A stretch of DNA of 62,006 nt, filler included. It is 8 parts of 8 records of this genome, joined end to end, with 100 filler letters (N's around TTAATTAATTAA, not from the genome) between each part and the next. Parts side by side here need not be neighbours in the genome. Positions count along the whole stretch, not along the records: positions 34,297 to 44,132 come from SRR7504441_1787; positions 44,233 to 55,995 come from SRR7504441_1796; 6 more parts are not named here. One strand, given 5' to 3'. Below are positions 37,201-48,900 of this stretch, piece after piece. The position numbers were made by a program, and so were the translations under genes. The first letter of the stretch is position 1; each line of letters opens with the position of its first letter. The notes below the pieces were generated by a model, which saw nothing but the letters and a program-made list of their open reading frames with translations, was not told the DNA's origin and did no database searches.

Positions 37201-39960
37201 GTGCAAACATTGCAGAGGAGCGTTGAATCCCTTGGTCCAGGGTCTCATTGCCTGGTGGGTTGGCGCCCAAGTCTGATGGCTCTTTGGTGAAAATGACCTG
37301 CTGGCAGAAGTGGAAGTACTGCGGGGCTTGCATCATGTGTGCCAGATGCAGCAAGTCAACGTCGAGCGCAGGCACCGCACTTTCACCTGCGCTTGCTCAG
37401 TCAGGCTTGGCTGAGCGCGCAGCACCACGGTGATCGATTAGCATTTGAATCCACCACACGTATCGCTGCGCCGCCCTGGCGAGCCAGTTGGCCCAAGCAG
37501 CCGCCCAGGCACACACCTGCGAAGGCACTGCTGCAGCTCCGCACTATCTTCTGGCTTCTTGCTGCCGTGCAAGTACTTGTCATACAGTGCCTTGAGCTGC
37601 TGGGCCTCTTCGCGCAGCTCGCCCAGGCGGCGGGTCATATCGGCGCCATCAAAGCTGGTCCTCGAAGGATTGGCCTCCATGGTCTTGAGCAGCAGATCAG
37701 TGAGGATCAGTGCCATGTTCTGTGCCCGGCCTGCCCCTCGCCTCGACCTGTGCCAGGCCAGCCTAGTACCGGTCGGATCGTCCAGCTCGTCCTGCAGTAA
37801 CGTGGCTGGCCCATTGGCGTCGTCAAGCAGGTATTTGCAGTCGACTGCGAACCCGACTGGATCCAGACGATGCAGCTTCGACACGGTTCCTGGTCCTGAG
37901 TTGGACGCCACCGCAATGAACGCCTCAGGGTGCGCCTGCGGCCAGCTCACGCCCGCATCCCAGCCTGGGCCACCTGCTGGGCTCGGAGTAACGAGATGTA
38001 CTTGGGTACTGCCTGGCCCATGTCCAGTTTCTCAAGCTCCGCAAGCATCTTGAGTAGCTCGATCGCAGCTGTTACAAGATTGACTCCGACAAGCTCGAGC
38101 ACATCGGCGTACTTTTGATCCGATTGGGCCCAATAGCAGCTGCCGCACAGTCAGCACGCGGGTTGGGCTCGGGTGGTCACGTCTCGGGGCAAGGCTCGAC
38201 TTTAAGTTGCAGGCACTGGTTCAGATCGTTGCCCTTGACCTTCCACACAGGCGTGAGCACCAGCCCCAGCACTGTACACACCGCGTTCCACCAGAGAAGC
38301 ACCTGCCGCAGGGTAGGGCTGGTGCAGGACGATTCCGGGTCTTCCATCGAGCTGTGCGCATCGCTCAACGGGCAGCGCTGGGTGTGGCACCTGCGGCGGC
38401 CAAGCGTGTCATACACGAGCGCGTCCTCGTCGCTGCCGGAGGCAAGCAGTAGATTCTGGCCGTCGGCCGACTTGCGAGATGCTCTCATTTGAGATCGGAT
38501 GAGCGACTGGTGCCCTAGCTCTGCAGCAATCTCGCCCTCGGTAGCTGCCTTAGCAGAGAGTAGAACATCATTCACTACCCACTTGCCGTACCGGCTGCCG
38601 CCGCTCGACTGGACCTCCGATTGCTCAGCGTAGCTTCCGCTCGCGAATAGCACAAATGCGCAATCAGTCTGCCCACAGGGTCAATCTCCGGCAATGGCCG
38701 GCTAAGTACCGACACGAGTCGAAGGGCCTGCTTGGGCACAACAGTCCGGCCGTCGCCTTTGAACACTCTGTGCTGGCCCCGCTGCACCAGCACGCCGTCC
38801 AGGTAAATCCGCTTTTGGGCTGTCCCAGCGTCGAAAGTGACAGCTACGTGCTGCCATCCGGAACAAAGCAGCTGCTGTGAGCTCTCGAGCTCGTGCGCCC
38901 CGTCGGCCGTGAAGGTGCCCCACCGGAGCCGACCCTGGTGGATGCAGAGGGTGGCGCCGTTGAGGATTTTCTCCCCGTCTGGGTCACTCATACCGATATA
39001 GAACAGGTGGCGCGACTCGGCCTCGTGTAGACCCCCGTCATAGTACAGCCAAAGCATCACTGTGCAGCCCTTAGCCAGCGCCTGGGCCGAGTTGCCGCAC
39101 GGGAAGGCCATCCGAGTATACTGGTGCTCGCCGATTTCCGTTGGGTGCATGAGAAGCCCGCATTCAGGAGGACACAGCAGAGCGGGCACCTTTGACCCAA
39201 AGCGAGTGCGAAGATCAATCAGCTTGCCCACGCACCATTTGGCCTCATCGCACCGACAAAGCAGGAGCAGGATTGTGTAGATCATCTCGTAAGCCTCTGC
39301 GCTCGCGTCCGGCGTGAACGAGGCGCAGAACAAGATTTCGCGGAGCTGGCTCGACGCCTCGCCCGACGCCCTCGCGTCCAGTTGCCGCCAGAAACCGCTA
39401 TCGACGTCCTCAATCCTGCGCCGGCCGCGGGCCAGTTTGATCGAGGCGGCCAGCGCGCGCATTACAAAGTGCTTTTCTCCACAGAGTTGACAGACCTCGT
39501 CGGTCGACAGCGCCGCGAGTACCGAGGTGGCTACCTTGAGGTCATGCCGCTCAAGCGCGCGCCAGAGCTCGAGCAGATGGCCTGTGCTCCGACCGTACAG
39601 CTCGCGCGCCGCCTCGATCGCGCTGATCCAGTCCTGGACGGTCTGACTGTCGTGCCAGCCCAGCGTCCAGCTGATCTGCTGGAGCTTGTTGGTGACAACG
39701 AAAGCCTGCAGCTCGCCCCGCTCCTCACGGGCGGCCTTGCGCTCGATGGTGCACGCCTGCACGTCCAGCTCCCCGGCCGGTTGGGTGTCGCCCTCGTCCC
39801 GCCAGTAGCGCAGTGTGTACCCGTCGAGCGAAAAGTATCGCTCGGGCCACCCGGAGAGGTGCTCCTTCTTCTTCATCAGGCGGCCCAGCTTGGAGGCGGT
39901 GAGCATTTGGAGCGGACCCGGCCCGGGCACCCCGGCTTGGGTCGAGTTGTCTGCTCCCAT
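34297..39960 (-). CDS. Large PH + ConA/LamG-like + multi-EF-hand protein; 3' end cut by the contig
   Basis: PH: GRLMKK..WPERYFSL..LRYW..WISAI; LamG-like WQHVAVTF..KRIYLDG; EF loops DEDGSGTV, DKNNDNEV, DLDGNRVL, DQDKDGKI, DRDQSGTL; joins in 37-38.6 kb not fully resolved. Confidence 0.7.
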
Positions 39961-40595
39961 CACACGTCGACGAGGGCTGTGGCGGGAACGAGGCCGTACG
40001 GCTCACGGCTGTACCGGCAACGGTAACGTATTTACCTACTGGCGCGTTGCGCGCGTCGTTGGCCTGGACTATAGCCTGCAGCAAAGTTTACAACTTGAGG
40101 CTACTAGCCTCCAGGTTCCATGCAATAGCTTTTGCCATACAAGATCTTGCGCGACTTGGTGCTGTCGCTTGCCAATACCATCGAGTGCCATGGCGTGTCT
40201 GCCGCGTCAGAGAGGCCTAATAACACGATCTTTCAGTGATATAATCATAACACGATCATCATTGTGCACCGACTCAGGGATCGAGGGAAACCCGGGCGGG
40301 GCGTCAGAACTCTTGGAAGGCGCCGGCTGATCGGAGTACGTACGTAGCCGCTTCACCTGTTCACCATGCATGGTTCAGTTTTGCGGTTTTGCCTCATCAG
40401 CTGATCTGAGCCACTCGGAGCTGTATTAATAATAGTTTAATTTCCGACGTTCTTGTGGTTGGCATGCACAAAGACGACTGCTCAACTTCTTCACAACCGC
40501 CCATCTTGTCTCAATGGCGGCCTGTCTCCGCTGACCGTGGATCCTTGCCGGGCTCGTCGGACTCTTCTCCTCGTAGCCGCGAAGCGGGGGAGTTC

Positions 40596-42018
40596 ATGAG
40601 CAACGACCAGCCCACCATGTCGCGCAAGCGGCCCCTGGAGCTGGATGGCTCAAGGCCATCCATGGAGCGGCAGCGGGTCGCCCGCTCTGGCGATCAGTTG
40701 AATCGCGACCAGGCAACCCTGGCGATGGGCTCGGCCCGGAGTTGAGTATGTGGGTCGGGCAGATTGAACAGTTCTACGCCGGGCTTGCAAGGACGGAGCT
40801 CAATAAATCGGGCGCCGGGAATGTGAAGGTGCTTCCGCTCTGACGGTTGACCGCTTGAGAGGGCTGTGGCGGCAGTGGTGGAACGAGGGCGAGGGCGGCG
40901 AGCTGAAGTTTCAATGCAGCTTCAAGCGGCCATCCATAGAGATGGTAGATGAGGTGCCTCCGGCTTGATAGCCCCTTGCTCACAAGCATCTTACAGGTTG
41001 TCCGCCGGCTGAGCGGCGACAGCGCCGGGCCCGCTAGCGGTGGGTTGTCCGGGCTAGGCGGGGTTGGCTTAGGAGAGCCTGAGTGGCCTAGAAGCAAGCT
41101 TGCTGCCACCTGTCAAGCTCTTGAGCCTGATGCGGCCGATGATTGAACGGGTGGGCGCCGGCAGACATGGCACGGGTGTCGTCAGACATGGCACTGCCTG
41201 GATTAGGCTCACTACCAGAGGCCGGGGTGGATCCGCAAATGAGTTGGAAGAATCATTTTGCTGACCTAGAGACCATGGTGCCTTGCTAGCAAGAGCGCGG
41301 TCCTAGCTCTCTCGTCTCTGACTCGGTTGTGTACCGCAGGTGCATAGGCTCTCTAATGATATGGAGGAGTCACTCGGCCGAAGGCCGTCGATGGAAGAGC
41401 TGGCGGCTGGTGATTGGCGGGCCATCCGGGCGGGTGAGAGCTTGGTGTGTTAAGGTATCTCAATCTTCTCGACTAATACAGGGATGGACCAGACACAGAT
41501 GTGGTGCCAGGAGGTGTCCTGATCTTGCCAGGCGCACGGCCGAGGCTGGGCAGCGACTGGACCGGATCATGCAAGACCTTGGAAACGGCGGCAGCAGTAC
41601 TTGTAGCTTGCGTGTTTTTCTGTTGGCTCACGAGGGGCAGGGGCGAGGACTGGCGTGGTACCAGCGAATCGGACAGTGGTCTCTGCCACCAAAATCGAGG
41701 ACGACGAGGCGCCGGCCGGCCCGGCTGCGGCTGATCTGCTGTGGGTGCCAGGGGGATGAGGGTGGCCCACGTCGGCAGAGTCTAGGGAAGACCATGGAGC
41801 AACAGGCCGCAGACTTGGAGTGGCTTAGGCAGAGCAGCTCAGCCGCCGTCCAAGCAATCCGAGAGCACCATAGGCTAGCTTACACTGGGAACACGGCGAG
41901 CATGCCGCCCGCGCTCATGGCTGAGGCTTGGTCAGGGGGGGCTGCACAGCACTTGGCAGCTGCACAGCGCGGCGCACGGGACACCTTCCAGCTTGCCAAA
42001 GAATACGATCCAAGCTGA
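40596..42018 (+). CDS. Intron-dense hypothetical protein with basic NLS-like N-terminus (SRKRP)
   Basis: Short exons rejoined in frame by GC-AG 40713-40762 and several GT-AG introns; no family recognised. Confidence 0.55.
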
Positions 42019-42468
42019 ATGGAGCAAAGATGGCCCCTAAGCCCCTGGGCAACGCCACACCTTGTACAATGGAGCTAACTGTGCGCACATGCACCGATGT
42101 CAATAGGGCCCCTCACGGCTCCTTAATGGCTCCTGACATCATGTGACATTCAATAGAACATGTAGACAAACATTCATTTTAATTTTAACCGTATGGAAGG
42201 GAACCTATGAATTAAATACATGATCGTATGGGATTAGTTAGCACGTAGAAAAAAAATACTAAGTTGTACTAAATTGTGTACTTGTCTCTAAAGGCCGCCC
42301 ATTGAGCCGGCACTACACTGATTTTGAACGATCATTCGTCGATGTACAATACAAACGCGATCGATCAGAGAGCAGTTGCGGCTCGGATGGAGTTTGAGCA
42401 CACGACCGGGACAGACTTGAGGTACCACACCAGCGTCGGATCGACAGCTCTCAGCTTGTCTAATGATC

Positions 42469-44132
42469 TCAGTTGAATCTGAAGTGGAAGGTGCCGCCGC
42501 CGCCCCCAAACCCAGGAAACCCTCCTGGGAATCCCCCGCCTTGCTGCTGCTGCTGGCCCTGCCCGGACACATCCTCGCCGTTGTCGTACTTTTTGCGCAG
42601 CTCTGGGTCGGAGAGCACCCCGTAGGCTTCAGCAACGTCTCGGAAGATTGTCTCGGCCTTGGCCTTCTCTTCCTCCTGCCGCCCACCTCAGCACACGCGG
42701 TCAGCCCGCAAGCTTCAAGCTTCACCGGGACTTTGTCCGGATGGTACTTGAGCGCTAGCTTACGATAGGCCTTCTTGATTGTCGGTTTGTTGGCCGATCG
42801 CTTGATTCCGAGGATCTTGTAATAGTTCTTCCTCTTGGACTGCTCCAGCAACCGCTGCGCTTTCTGGATCTGGCACACAGCGTGGGGCCTGGCTGCCGGG
42901 TCGGCCACCTTCTGGTCAATCGATCGGTCATCGCCTCGCAGATCCTTTGCCTTCCTATAGTCGTTCAGAGACCCTTGGAAATCCTCCTGCACAGCCAGGC
43001 TTATCCCAAGTCTGCCTGCTGCACACCTGCAGCGCCTTAGCCTCGCCGCGCAGTAGCAGCGCATCCACGCTCTGGCCATCCTGCGCCCCTCGCTAGCCAA
43101 GAGCCCGTCTGGCCGCACGGCACCGCCCGCAGCGCTGCACCGCAAGCTGTGATGGCCTCAGCACCATTCTTGGCGCCAAGCTGGGCCCTGGCCAGCTTGA
43201 TGTTCACGTCGTGCGCGAACAGAGCGTGCTCAGGGTCCACTTTCAACGCCCCCGTGTATGCCGAGGCCGCATCCTCGAAATTCCCCGCCTGCAAACGCTC
43301 ACATCCCGCCCTCCGGGCACCCACCTCGAAATCCTCGTCGCCGTTGGCTATCGAGCGCTGGAGCTTGCGAACCTGACAGCGCAATCAGGCTCGGCCAGTG
43401 CCCGGGGGCGCCTTCTTGTGCAGCGCCTTGCAGACCTTGTGCTCCGGGTCTTGCTTCAGCCCCTCGCGCAGATGTGTCACCTACCGGCGGCGTGACTCCC
43501 GACACCACGAGGCCACCCACCGCCATCGCGACATCTCCCATCTTGTAGAAGGCCTCCGCCCGGAGCCCGAGCGCCGATATGGATTTCCTGCCGGTCTGGC
43601 TCAAAGCAATGCGGCGCTCTGAGGACCTGTCAAGCTTAATTAGCTTGCCGCCCTCAACCACAGCTTGCTCGTGCTCTCCCAACTTGAGCAGCAGCTTAAC
43701 CTGAACCGAGCTCGCCCGGCCCGCCCGGTCGGCCACCTTGAGTGTGAGCACTTCCTCGCTGTCGGTGCATACTTGGGCCTGGGTGCCACTCAGCAGGGCC
43801 GGCCAGCTGGCACGCACTTCATGCAAGGCGTTCAGCTGATCGACTGCCCTCCGCGGGTTGCGGTCGGCATACGCCCGAGCCTCCTTGAGCATGTGCTGGA
43901 ACGCTCCCACCTGCGCGAGCCCGAACGGCAAGTCCTTGCCCCCGTGGCTGCCCGCGGTCCGCAGGTCCTCCGATGCCCCCACAAGGTCGCACACCTGGCC
44001 CGGCTGGCGGCGGTCGGGCCAGCCCGAGCCACCTCAGCGCGCAGTTTGGCCCGCTTGGCCAGCGCGTTCCCGTTGTTCGGGCTCAGCTTGAGAACAGAGT
44101 CCAAGTCGCTCAGCGCCGAGCGCTTCTGGCCG
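42469..44132 (-). CDS. DNAJC3: DNAJC3/P58IPK TPR + J-domain co-chaperone; 5' end cut by the contig
   Basis: [40 protein letters not shown]-terminal ...TFHFRFN*. Confidence 0.9.
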
Positions 44133-44232
44133 NNNNNNNNNNNNNNNNNNNNNNNNNNNNNNNNNNNNNNNNNNNNTTAATTAATTAANNNNNNNNNNNN
44201 NNNNNNNNNNNNNNNNNNNNNNNNNNNNNNNN
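44133..44232. other. Artificial contig linker
   Basis: N/TTAATTAATTAA/N. Confidence 0.98.
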
Positions 44233-44727
44233 CGGTTCTCCTTGGGGTTCATCGGAACCTCGGTCAGCAGCACCCCGGCCACGTCCTCCTCGGCCTCATC
44301 CTCTGCCCCGACCACGCAGCGCAGCTCGTTGTCGAAGGTGTGCCGCCATATCTGCATCCAGGCAATCTCAGTCCGGCAGCTGGGGGCGGTTGCCTTCTCC
44401 ATGTCGTCCCAGTTGTTGATCACGCCGTGCTCCAGCGGGTACTTGAGCACCAGGATCCCCCGCTTCTGCTGCGCCTCCTCCCCGACCTGCCCCCCGTCCG
44501 CCCGCCCGCCCGTGCCAGGCCGCACGTAATACGACTTGTCGCTCCCGGCGAGCATCGCCGTGCCCTTGGGGTACCCGACGCAAGAGGCGAAGGTGACCTT
44601 GGGCGCGTCCTCGCCGGACAGGCCGCACTTCATCATACCGGTCCCGTTGTCCATGATGATGGCTGGCTTCTCTTCCTCTGCCGGCCGCTCGCCGCCCGCT
44701 CGCCGGCGGCCACCCACCGTCGTACAT
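44233..44727 (-). CDS. Divergent actin/actin-like protein, N-terminal part, 3 introns
   Basis: Introns 44678-44717, 44487-44525 and 44352-44393 give [22 protein letters not shown]...[38 protein letters not shown]. Confidence 0.93.
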
Positions 44728-45174
44728 CGCTGCTCGAATGTTGCTCGAATGTTTCGCTGCTCCTCCTCCAGTGGTTGGAGGCTGGCGTACCCGCGAGCAT
44801 CGTTTCCATTTTAGGGAACCGTTTACGGTAGAGTGATGATCATTCTTAAGTCATTGGGACTGTCGACGGCTGCGACGCGAGTTTGTGGCGGAGTGCATGA
44901 AGCTGGACAGCGATGCCGGGCTTGCTACGTATTCGGTTCTTCCTTTAGAGCCGGTAAGAGCCGGTACCAGTAATTATAACACCGGCCAAGTGTTCGGGTT
45001 GCGGGGTCGTCAGCGAACCGGCCACTGTGTGGTTGCCCAGCTGCTTGGTTTATGGTTGATTGGTTAATAAACCTATCTGCCATAAACCGGGCGCAGAGAG
45101 CGTGCTGTCCAGCTAGAGTGGGACAAGCAATACAATCTTCCATGCACATGACAACACTTTATTAATTTTGTGTG

Positions 45175-45238
45175 TGGGGACACCGGAAATTGTACCCCAG
45201 TGCTCATGGGGTACAGTCATGGGGTACGGTGTTCCCCA
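45175..45238. repeat. Nested inverted repeat (hairpin)
   Basis: tggggacaccg...cggtgttcccca enclosing tgtacccca/tggggtaca. Confidence 0.65.
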
Positions 45239-45303
45239 ATCCCGTTTACACTTATTATGAGGATGCGAGGACAGTTATTTTGAGTGCTTCTCTTATCGCT
45301 GGC

Positions 45304-45705
45304 TCACGACTTGGGCATGAAGACACCTTCACTAGTCTCCCATTCGGCGTCCAGCCCACCATGGCTGCTAGCACTTACCTCCAACTGCCCATGGATCGGG
45401 CAGTTGGGGCAGTTGGCCTGTGTGAACGCGGCCGAGTGCCCTGTGTGCAGGTACCTGAATAAACACCCTGAGCGTCGCACCCGGAGGCATACTAGGTACC
45501 GGCCTGTGCCTGCGTGCTTCAGTTTGATCGGACCGCCCCGCTGCCAGTGTCCCCCGGTGCACTCCACCCGCCAGTCGTCCCCCTCGTCCCCTTGCCCGTC
45601 GCCCCCGAAACCGCTCACCTCGTTGTGCTGGTTGGACAGTGGGGCCTTGACTGGGTGGCTGTGCAGATGCTTGCCGGTACCCACATGGACGATTGCAGCT
45701 CCTTT
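45304..45705 (-). pseudogene. 5'-truncated SDF2/SDF2L1 (MIR domains 2-3 only)
   Basis: HVGTGKHLHSH..APLSNQHNEVSGFG.DGQGDEGDDWRV..KLKHAGTGRYL..PIHGQLEV..WETSEGVF; upstream stop, no signal peptide or MIR1 found. Confidence 0.6.
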
Positions 45706-45931
45706 CTAAATGCCTTTCTGCACATGCACGGGTCTTTGGTGGCCGGTGGTGTTGACCTCGTCAGTGGCGTAGATAGGGGTGGCTCTTTGTGGCCAGGAAA
45801 TGCATCATGCGTGTCTAGAGTAGACCTACCACTCTTATGGGCACCACGCGAGTAGCCCATGTGCGTTAGACGGTTGGGACACACGTTTTAATTAAATTAA
45901 AACGGCGAGGACAGACACCGGGAGTGCGGGC

Positions 45932-48900
45932 ATGGAGATCGCGACATGGGTGCGGGACACCGGGATGGCCGCACTGAAGAACGCGGGCGACAAAGTGATG
46001 GCCGTTCCCGCCTTGATCAACTCCAACTGGTCCGTCGACCAGATCGTCCAAGACATGCTCGACACCTACGTCAAATCGGTGGCCGCGGCCACGGGACCGA
46101 TCGACTCCCGGGGGGCGGCAGAACGATGGCGGCGAGATCCGGGTTAACGATCTCCCGGGGAGCGTTGGCTATCAGGTCAACTCGGCGCATCTGGTGCTGC
46201 AGGTGCCACGCCGTCGGGCTGTAGCAGTGCCGGACTGAGGCTGCCCCGGCTAGCTGGGCCCCGCCGGGTGGAGTGTCCGTTGGGCTCAGCGGTGGGGCCA
46301 GGAGGAGCTGGTCAAGCTGGTTAAGGAGCGGGTGGGCTTCACCGTCGTCGCCCCGGTGCTGTGCCGTTAGTTGTGGCCTGACCGCCGCACCCAGACGGGG
46401 AGCGGCTACCATGTGCGCAAGATGGACCTATCGCTAAAGCTGGCCAAAGAGGAGAGATCCGAGATCGTTCTCGAGGGCGTCCGTATCGCTATCTCTACTG
46501 ATGACTTCGATGAGTACTTTGCCAACGAGCAGAGGAAACAGCAACAGATGCCGGCCGCCCGCTCGGTGAGCCGTGGCGGGGTCGCTGGCCGATGCAGCCG
46601 GGTCAGGGTGCGCCAGCTGAGGATGCTGAGGAGGCTGGTTGGTGTTCTGGTTTGTGGCAATATTATGGAGACCCTTATGTCCGAGCAATGATCGCCAACT
46701 TTGACATCGTGCTGCGTGATGTCACAGTGGTATGTCTCCTGCTGCGCTCTGCTGCGCTCAGAGCTGTTTCAGGTGCTAAAACAAAACGACAACAGCCGGT
46801 CGCACTCTCCATTCCGAGGCGCAGCGCTGGCTCATTTGGACCGAATCGAGCTGAGTAGCAACTCACGCGCTGGCGAAGCATTCGAGCTCAATCACATCTC
46901 GCTCGACATGCAGCTGTTTGGATTGCGGGTGGAGGTCGGGCGAACGCCGTTGCGCCGAAGCTAGACGGCCGTTGGGGCAGGTGGGCCCAGAAGACTACAA
47001 GCGGAATGATTGGTCGATCAAAAAGAAAGGCTGTGAAGGACTGCTTGACCCGCAGGTGGGCGACTGCTTGCTGGGATATGTGCTGAGCGGAGCCACAGAT
47101 TGTTATCTCTCGCGATCGCGGCATGGAGTCAGAGTCTGACGGTACCCGTCCCGTGCTTGTGCTGTGCTCAGTAATTGACAGGTGACTCGCCGACTGCCTC
47201 GATTAGGCTGATACTCAAGCACGTTAAGAAGTTTCTGATCGAGTTCAGATTGAAGTCCATGACAGTGATGATGGGGAAGCCTGGTCGTACAGAGAGGATC
47301 GTTGGGCTGTCGGAGCGCCTGCGTGAGCAAGCCGATTTGGTCCGGCTCTACGTTAGCAATATTGACCAGGGTTACTGTATGCGGATGGAGAAAGAGGATC
47401 CAATTCATGGCAAAATTCTGAGCTCTTACCTCGCGAGCCATGTAATGCTCACCTCGCAGCAAAAGGAGGTCGACCAGCCGGTGGCGCCCAGCTGAACTGA
47501 GGGCAGGATTTCTTCTGCAACCTCACCGTGCGCATGCCGGTGGCTCCATTCATCTGATAAAGGGCCGAAGGGCTCTAGACACTCCTTGTGCCGGAATGAC
47601 GTCCGGTGCTGCAGGTGCCGTTGCAAATTCTGGTGCTTCATCTGGAAATCCTCGAGGCCATCTACTATCTCGTCGAAAATTTGGCCTCTGCCCAGCCCGA
47701 GGACAAGAGCCCTGAGGTGCTCTTACAGCGAAATAGCGGAATGAGCTCGAGTGAGTTGAAACGCGTGGATTCCGCCGAGCTAGCGGCGGCAGAGAAGCAA
47801 AATTCCCGGCACATACTGTGTGAAGTGGTCGCCAGGCAGAGCAGCAAGCCGAGCAGCCACGCCCACGAGAGTAACTTCAGCTTTCACAATCTGACGCTCG
47901 CTGTACAAGCGAAGCGCGAGCATTTGAAAAACCCGCAGAAAGAGCCTCCCAGCGAGGTTCTGTCGTGTTACAAGACCAGACTCGATTTACCGCACGTGCT
48001 GCCGCGAGGTTCTTCTGTGCCCGGACAGGAGTCGGTTCAGGTGATGCTGGATCTTGAGGACATCTTTCTGCTCGATGTGATCGAGCTGTGCAATCCTCTC
48101 CCCGGAGAAAAGGTACAGACACCCTTTGTATCGATCGAGTGCGCCGAAGAAATCACAGGCGGATTTTATGATATTGTGGAGAAGACGGCGCTGCCTCAGT
48201 CTCAGGAGGGCGTATTCCGGTTTGAGGTGCCCAAAATCAATCCGGTCAAGTCTCAATACGTGCGGCTCACTCTTTATGGAAAGCCTGGCAACGAAGTGGG
48301 GCTGTACTACGTGAAGATCGAGGGCAAACCGTTTGGTACAGGCAAAACGATAGGCATCAACTGTGAGCTCGCCTCACCTGTAGTGATCCTACCGTCACTG
48401 AAGCGGGTGGAGGGCATAATTGATTACAGCTATTATAGGGATGGCGACAAGCCTTTCGACTGCATCGTTGTGTCGCCCGGTACCATCAAGCTAGACAACT
48501 ATGGCACGTTTGCCGATAAGATGCAGCTATACGGGACCCACTTGTCCGGTGGGGAAAAACATCGCAGAGCAAGCGGATTCAAGAAGACGACAAAGCACAA
48601 GCACTCGTTTACCATCAGTGTGACGGCCTCCACGGACGCCTCGCTGAGCAGTATGGACAATTACGGGGCTCTCATGAGTCTAACCACGGGCAAATGGCAA
48701 AAGCAGGATGGAGTTGAGTTCTTTGTGGTCAAAACGGTGCAGAACGCGGCCAGCCAGGTGATATACATGAAGTCGCCAGATGGAGACAGCGCGCCAGTTC
48801 AGCACTTTCTCAGGTTCATCCAGCGAAAATCGTCAATAAAACTTGAAACAGTCATGCTGCCGCGTGGGTCCGGGATAGTCCTGCGGTTTGACCAGAATAG

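Noticed and set aside
31253-39960. One giant EF-hand gene across the 34197-34296 linker
   Set aside because: The gene ending at 31253 has its own ATG (34087), an in-frame stop just upstream and a CCGTT motif; adjacency across the linker is not evidence
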